From Planctomycetota bacterium (lineage in GTDB: Bacteria > Planctomycetota > UBA1135 > UBA2386), in the NCBI GenBank assembly GCA_965228735.1, contig OZ245838.1:4080011-4144010 (forward strand): 64,000 bases of DNA, read 5' to 3'. Positions 59,502 to 64,000 of this stretch are shown here, one piece after another (the first letter of the stretch is position 1; the number at the start of each line of letters is the position of its first letter). The notes under the pieces are model-generated. The model was not told where the DNA came from. It was given only the letters and a program-made list of their open reading frames with translations, and did no database searches. A program made the position numbers and the translations under genes.

Positions 59502-60437
59502 ATGAACGGCCGCCAGATCGCACTGATCGCCAAGTACTCGACGCGCTACTCCGTGCGCGGCGGCATCGGGCTGGTCTTCCTGCTCCTGTCCCTGTCGTTC
59601 GGCCTGCTGTCAGCGCACATCATGCTGCAGCCGGTCGAGATCGTTGTGAAACAGATCTCGGAGCAGAACGAGAACGCAGACAAGGGCGAACTCACCGAGA
59701 TGGTCCTCGAGCGCATGGTCAAGGAAGCCGCGCCGGTCGTCAGCTGGATGCTGTCGAGTTCCAGCGCCAATGACGACGATGAGACCGCGGCTGAGAAAGC
59801 CGAAGCCGCGGACGCGTGGGCCGAGTATCTGCTCGAAGAGCGCCCGGCGGTACTGTCCGCGATCTTCCTCATCCTGCTGTTTGGATGGCCCTTCATCGTC
59901 GCGATCGGCGCGTTCGACATCTACGCCGGCGACATCGGCTCGCGGCAGCTGCGCTACCAGCTGTTGCGCGTCGACCGCGGCAGCATCTTCTTCGGGCGAT
60001 TGCTCGGCATGCTGGCGACGTTCGCCCTCGTGCTGTTACTGCTCGCGAGCACCGTCGTGCTCTACATGGGGCTCAAGCTCCCCATGTATGGCTGGGGTGA
60101 ACTGGTCTCGTGGGCCTTGCAAGGCACGGCCGCGATCCTGTTCGTCTCGATTCCGTACGTAGCGCTCTGCGCGTGGATCTCGGCATCCATCGGCAGTTCG
60201 TTCGCCGCGCTCACGATCAGCAAACTCGTAATCGCCGGCGTTCCGATGTTCGCGACGTTCGGCTCCTACACCCACGAGGCGGCCGGCTACATCAAGTACC
60301 TGCTGCCCTGGGGCGTGCAGAACCGACTGCTGCACCCCGAGTGGAGCCAGTTGCTGCTCGCCGCCGGGGTGTGTCTCGCGCAGACCGCGCTGTTCACCTG
60401 GCTCGGCTACCGCAAGTTCACGAGGCGCGACCTGTGA
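59502..60437 (+). CDS. ABC-2-type transporter permease-like membrane protein
   Basis: 311 aa. One N-terminal TM, an acidic loop of about 60 aa, then 5 TMs. Its stop overlaps the GTG of the ABC ATPase (GTGA). Confidence 0.65.
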   Translation: MNGRQIALIAKYSTRYSVRGGIGLVFLLLSLSFGLLSAHIMLQPVEIVVKQISEQNENADKGELTEMVLERMVKEAAPVVSWMLSSSSANDDDETAAEKAEAADAWAEYLLEERPAVLSAIFLILLFGWPFIVAIGAFDIYAGDIGSRQLRYQLLRVDRGSIFFGRLLGMLATFALVLLLLASTVVLYMGLKLPMYGWGELVSWALQGTAAILFVSIPYVALCAWISASIGSSFAALTISKLVIAGVPMFATFGSYTHEAAGYIKYLLPWGVQNRLLHPEWSQLLLAAGVCLAQTALFTWLGYRKFTRRDL

Positions 60438-61462
60438 CCGCACCGCCACCCGTTCCCTCCCCGGCGACGCCAGAAGCGGCGACCGGGCGTCAGGCGATCC
60501 GCGTGCAGAACGTCAGCAAGACGTTCGGCACGACCAAGGCGCTCGACGATGTCAGCTTCGACGTCCCCGCGGGTTCGATCTTCGGCCTGCTCGGCCCCAA
60601 CGGCGCGGGCAAGACGACGCTGTTCTCGATCACGGCGGGGTTCCTGCAGGCCGACAGCGGTCAGCTGCAGGTGCTCGACACCGACATCCAACGCGTCTCG
60701 CAGCTGCAGGGCCGCATGACGATCCTGCCGCAGGACGCGTCGTTCCAGAAGAACGTGCCGCTGCTCGACCAGCTCGTGTTCTTCCGTCGGCTCGACGGCA
60801 GCGATCCGGAGACGGCGAAGGAGGAAGTGGTCGAAGCGCTCGAGAAGGTCGGCCTCGCCGAATACCAGCAGCGCGGCATCCACGCGCTGTCGCACGGCAT
60901 GCTCAAGCGCCTCGGCATCGCCCAGGCGTTCCTCGGCAACCCCGAGGTCATCATCCTCGACGAGCCGACGTCCGGGCTCGATCCGCAGAACGCGCGCCAG
61001 ATCCGCGACCTCGTGCGCGACCTGCAGAAGTCGGCCAACGTCACGACCGTCGTGAGCTCGCACAATCTCGCCGAGATCCAGGAGCTCTGCGACCACGTCG
61101 CGATCCTAGACCACGGCAAGGTCCGCGCGTGCGGCCCCGTCGAGGAGATCACGCGCAGCAGCCTGATGCTCGAGCTCACGACCTCGCGGCCGCTGCTGCC
61201 GGCCGACTGCGCGGCGCTGACGGACATCGCCGGCGTCACGACGATCGACGATCGCGGCCCGACGCGATACACGGCGCGACTCGCGCTGCCCCCCGGTCGG
61301 TCGGCGGACGACGTGCTCATGGCGGTGCTCCGCGCCCTCATGGACCGCGGCATCACGCCGCGCGGGGTCTCGCAGGGCAACAGCCTCGAAGAGTTCTTCC
61401 TGTCCGTCACCGGCGGTTCGGTGACTGACGGCGAGTCGGCTGATAGCGTCACCGCCGACTGA
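60434..61462 (+). CDS. ABC transporter ATP-binding protein
   Basis: GTG 60434, in frame with track ORF 60110..61462. Walker A GPNGAGKTT, signature LSHGMLKRL, Walker B IILDEPTSGLD, H-loop SSHNL. About 110-aa C-terminal extension. Confidence 0.92.
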   Translation: MTAPPPVPSPATPEAATGRQAIRVQNVSKTFGTTKALDDVSFDVPAGSIFGLLGPNGAGKTTLFSITAGFLQADSGQLQVLDTDIQRVSQLQGRMTILPQDASFQKNVPLLDQLVFFRRLDGSDPETAKEEVVEALEKVGLAEYQQRGIHALSHGMLKRLGIAQAFLGNPEVIILDEPTSGLDPQNARQIRDLVRDLQKSANVTTVVSSHNLAEIQELCDHVAILDHGKVRACGPVEEITRSSLMLELTTSRPLLPADCAALTDIAGVTTIDDRGPTRYTARLALPPGRSADDVLMAVLRALMDRGITPRGVSQGNSLEEFFLSVTGGSVTDGESADSVTAD

Positions 61463-61519
61463 CCGGCCGGCCCACCACGGCCGGCGCCGCTCCAACAGCC
61501 AACGCCAGCCGACCCCGCC

Positions 61520-63688
61520 GTGACCGCGACCGCGACATCGAAGAACCTGCTCGTCGAACTCTTCGTCGAAGAGCTCCCCCCGAAGGCCCTCGATAAGCTC
61601 GGCCGCGCGTTCGCCGACGGCATCGTTCGCGGACTGCGCGAGCAGGGACTCTGCAGCGACGACGCCCGACTCACCCCGTTCGCCACGCCGCGCCGACTCG
61701 CGGTGCACATCCAGAACGTGCTCGCCCAGGCCGCCGACAAGCAGGTCGAGATCAAGCTCGTCCCCGTCGCGATCGGTCTCGACGACGACGGTCAGCCGAC
61801 CAAGGTGCTGGCGAAGAAGCTCAGTGCGATCGGCGCGGACGTGAGCGTCGTGCCGCAGCTGCGGCAGGCGAGCGACGGCAAGAAGGACACGCTGTGGCTC
61901 GACCGCACCGAGCCGGGCGTCGACCTCGTCGCCGGGCTGCAGAAGGCGCTCGACGACGCCGTCGCCAAGCTGCCGATCCCCAAGGTGATGACGTACCAGC
62001 AGCAGGACGGCTGGACGGACGTCAAGTTCGTGCGGCCCGCGCATCGCCTGATCGCGCTGCACGGCAGCGAGGTCGTGCCCGTCACGACGCTCGGACTCAC
62101 CGCCGGACGGGAGACGCAAGGTCATCGCTTCGAGGCCGGCAACGTCGTGATCGACGTTCGCGATGCCGACAGCTACGCCGCGCAGCTCGAGAACGACGGC
62201 CGCGTGCTCGCGTCGTTCGCGGCCCGGCGCGACGCGATCCGAGCGCAGCTCGACGAGCGCGCGCAGGACCTGAACCTCACACCGATCGCCGACGACGATC
62301 TGCTCGACGAGGTCACCGCACTCGTCGAGCTGCCGAACGTGCTGGCCTGCGGCTTCGAGGACGAGTTCCTCAGCGTGCCGCAGGAATGCCTCATCCTGAC
62401 GATGAAGCAGAACCAGAAGTACTTCCCGCTGCTCGACTCCGTGGGCAAGTTGACCAACCGCTTCCTCATCGTCAGCAACATCGCGCCAAAGGACCCGGGC
62501 GCGGTCATCGAGGGCAACGAGCGCGTCGTGCGACCGCGGCTCGCCGACGCCAAGTTCTTCTTCGACCAGGACCGGAAGAACACGCTCGAGTCGCGCTTGC
62601 CGCGACTCGCGAAGGTCGTCTACCACAACAAGCTCGGCTCGCAGCTCGAGCGCGTCGAACGCGTGCGGGCGATCGCGCGGGCCATCGGCAAGCGCCTCGG
62701 CGACGACCGGTCGGGCAGCGGGGGGTCGGGTAGCGGGGAAGCTGGTGGCGCAGACCTCGCGGCCCAGGCCGACCGCGCAGCCCAGCTCGGCAAGGGCGAC
62801 CTGCTGACCGAGATGGTCGGCGAGTTCCCCGAGCTGCAGGGCATCATGGGCGGCTACTACGCGCTCAACGACGGCGAGCCCGAGGCGATCGCGCATGCGA
62901 TCGAGGACCACTACAAGCCGCGGTTCGCCGGCGACGAGCTGCCGCGCAACGACGTCGGCCTCGTCGTGGCGCTGGCCGACAAGCTCGAGACGCTCGTCGG
63001 CATGTTCGGCATCGGCCAGAAGCCGACGGGCGACAAGGACCCGTTCGCGCTGCGGCGCCACGCGCTCGGCGTGATCCGCATGCTCATCGGCAGCGAGTCG
63101 CCGCTCGAACTCGAAGAGCTCATCGGCTTCGCCGTGCCCGCGTTCGCGAGCAGCGGCGACCACGCGATCGAGGACCCGACGGCCGCGCTGTCGGACTTCG
63201 TGTTCGACCGCCTGCAGAACGCGCTGCGCGATGACGGCTACACGGCGCAGGAGGTCGCGGCCGTCGTGTCGCTGCGACCGCAGCAACTCGCGGACGTGCC
63301 CCGGCGTCTCGCCGCGGTGCGCGCGTTCGCCGCGCTCCCCGAGGCCGAAGCACTCGCCGCCGCCAACAAGCGCATCGGCAACATCCTCAAGAAGGGGACG
63401 GTCGACCCGGGCGTGGCGGTGCAGGAGAGCCTGCTCCGTGAAGACGCCGAGCGCCGCCTGTGGCAGGCGCTCACCGAGACCGACCGCGCCGCGCAGGAGC
63501 AGCTCGCGGCCGGGGATTACACCGCGGCGCTCAGCCGATGTGCGGCACTGCGCGAGCCGGTCGACGCGTTCTTCGAAGCCGTCATGGTCAACGCGGACGA
63601 CGACGGTTTACGGCGCAACCGACTCGCGCTCCTCGCGCGCTTGCAACGGCTGATGAACGGCATCGCCGACCTCGCGCAGCTCGCGTAA
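61520..63688 (+). CDS. glyS: Glycine--tRNA ligase beta subunit
   Basis: 722 aa, GTG start. NLLVELFVEELPPK N-terminus and overall GlyS pattern (…QKYFPL…, …ADKLDTL-like ADKLETLVGMFGIGQKPTGDKDPFALRR…). Confidence 0.96.
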   Translation: MTATATSKNLLVELFVEELPPKALDKLGRAFADGIVRGLREQGLCSDDARLTPFATPRRLAVHIQNVLAQAADKQVEIKLVPVAIGLDDDGQPTKVLAKKLSAIGADVSVVPQLRQASDGKKDTLWLDRTEPGVDLVAGLQKALDDAVAKLPIPKVMTYQQQDGWTDVKFVRPAHRLIALHGSEVVPVTTLGLTAGRETQGHRFEAGNVVIDVRDADSYAAQLENDGRVLASFAARRDAIRAQLDERAQDLNLTPIADDDLLDEVTALVELPNVLACGFEDEFLSVPQECLILTMKQNQKYFPLLDSVGKLTNRFLIVSNIAPKDPGAVIEGNERVVRPRLADAKFFFDQDRKNTLESRLPRLAKVVYHNKLGSQLERVERVRAIARAIGKRLGDDRSGSGGSGSGEAGGADLAAQADRAAQLGKGDLLTEMVGEFPELQGIMGGYYALNDGEPEAIAHAIEDHYKPRFAGDELPRNDVGLVVALADKLETLVGMFGIGQKPTGDKDPFALRRHALGVIRMLIGSESPLELEELIGFAVPAFASSGDHAIEDPTAALSDFVFDRLQNALRDDGYTAQEVAAVVSLRPQQLADVPRRLAAVRAFAALPEAEALAAANKRIGNILKKGTVDPGVAVQESLLREDAERRLWQALTETDRAAQEQLAAGDYTAALSRCAALREPVDAFFEAVMVNADDDGLRRNRLALLARLQRLMNGIADLAQLA

Positions 63689-63872
63689 TCCGACCCGGGT
63701 CGCGCGCCAGAATCGCTCGACCGTACACAGCCGGGCGATCGGCCCCTTCCGAACGCCGAGGTGATTCACCCAACGACGCAACACGTCACGGGAGAGAGGC
63801 TATGATCTTTCGACCGGCTGGATCGCGTTATCTCTGCGCGCTCCACCACACCTCTCCTTTTCCTACCCAGCC

Positions 63873-64000
63873 ATGCTGAAACAAACTCTCTTCGCCATCA
63901 CCGCACTGACGTGCAGTGCGCTGAGCCAAAGCCCCCTCTCGACCTTCAACGCTCCGAACAACCAGGGCAACATCGGCGGCATCGTCTACTTCGACCTGAC
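63873..64000 (+). CDS. Secreted protein, 5' end only (runs off window)
   Basis: ATG 63873. MLKQTLFAITALTCSALSQSPLSTFNAPNNQGNIGGIVYFDL... is a signal peptide followed by Asn/Gly-rich beta-type sequence. Preceded by a pyrimidine-rich leader without SD. Confidence 0.55.
   Translation, partial: MLKQTLFAITALTCSALSQSPLSTFNAPNNQGNIGGIVYFDL

Noticed and set aside
61106-63286. 726-aa minus-strand ORF antisense to glyS (and similar ORFs 36776..38719, 36892..37881 antisense to the SLC13 permease/rdgB)
   Set aside because: glyS, rdgB and the permease are clearly the real genes. The antisense frames are compositionally biased and lack motifs.
1-64000. CRISPR arrays, tRNA/rRNA genes, IS elements, integrases, prophage or toxin-antitoxin/defense modules
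   Set aside because: None was seen. The only repeats are four short perfect tandem repeats (15 bp x4, 18 bp x3.3, 16 bp x2, 19 bp x2) without spacers. No transposase, integrase, nuclease or helicase-type ORFs were found, and no tRNA-like T-arm sequences in intergenic regions.

Overview
High-GC (about 70% by eye, not computed) bacterial chromosomal segment with about 52 protein genes. I found no rRNA, tRNA, CRISPR array, transposase or integrase. Coding strand was assigned by recognisable protein families, motifs and tight start/stop junctions. The many very long arginine/alanine-rich antisense ORFs in the track look like high-GC artefacts.

Gene blocks, left to right:
1. Partial LplT-like MFS gene divergent from a LysR regulator, an 884-aa membrane-anchored beta-sandwich protein, a small ferredoxin, and metH.
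2. A secreted-vWA / receptor Ser-Thr kinase / ECF sigma / secreted protein module. It sits directly downstream of, and co-oriented with, a 12-gene flagellar block: flgB-flgC-fliE-fliF-fliG-fliH-fliI-fliJ-(ylxF/motE-like)-fliL-fliM-fliN.
3. egtD-egtB (ergothioneine), a large GT4-type glycosyltransferase, an orphan GH38-C-terminal-like ORF, a FucI-like isomerase, a degenerate histidine-kinase/receiver protein, and rph and rdgB separated by an inserted secreted-protein gene.
4. A sulfur-activation/sulfation block: SLC13 permease, cysQ-like, wzm facing wzt-cysNC-cysD-cysC, and a sulfatase.
5. A convergent pair of large paralogous secreted proteins, next to a co-directional envelope cluster: Lys/Ala-rich protein, OM beta-barrel, ExbD-like lipoprotein, 2-TM protein, MATE-like transporter.
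6. glyQ and glyS split by a three-gene membrane/ABC module, then the start of another secreted protein.

Most interesting candidates for undescribed biology:
- the vWA-STK-ECF module attached to the flagellar operon;
- the envelope cluster plus its lineage-specific secreted protein family;
- the PAPS-synthesis genes chained to a Wzt export ATPase.

Several short perfect tandem repeats lie inside genes and in 5' leaders. Taxon cannot be fixed from the sequence. It is a diderm flagellated organism, and the gene content (sulfatase, ECF-STK, many giant secreted proteins, weak SD use on some genes) is reminiscent of Planctomycetota-like lineages. That is only an impression.
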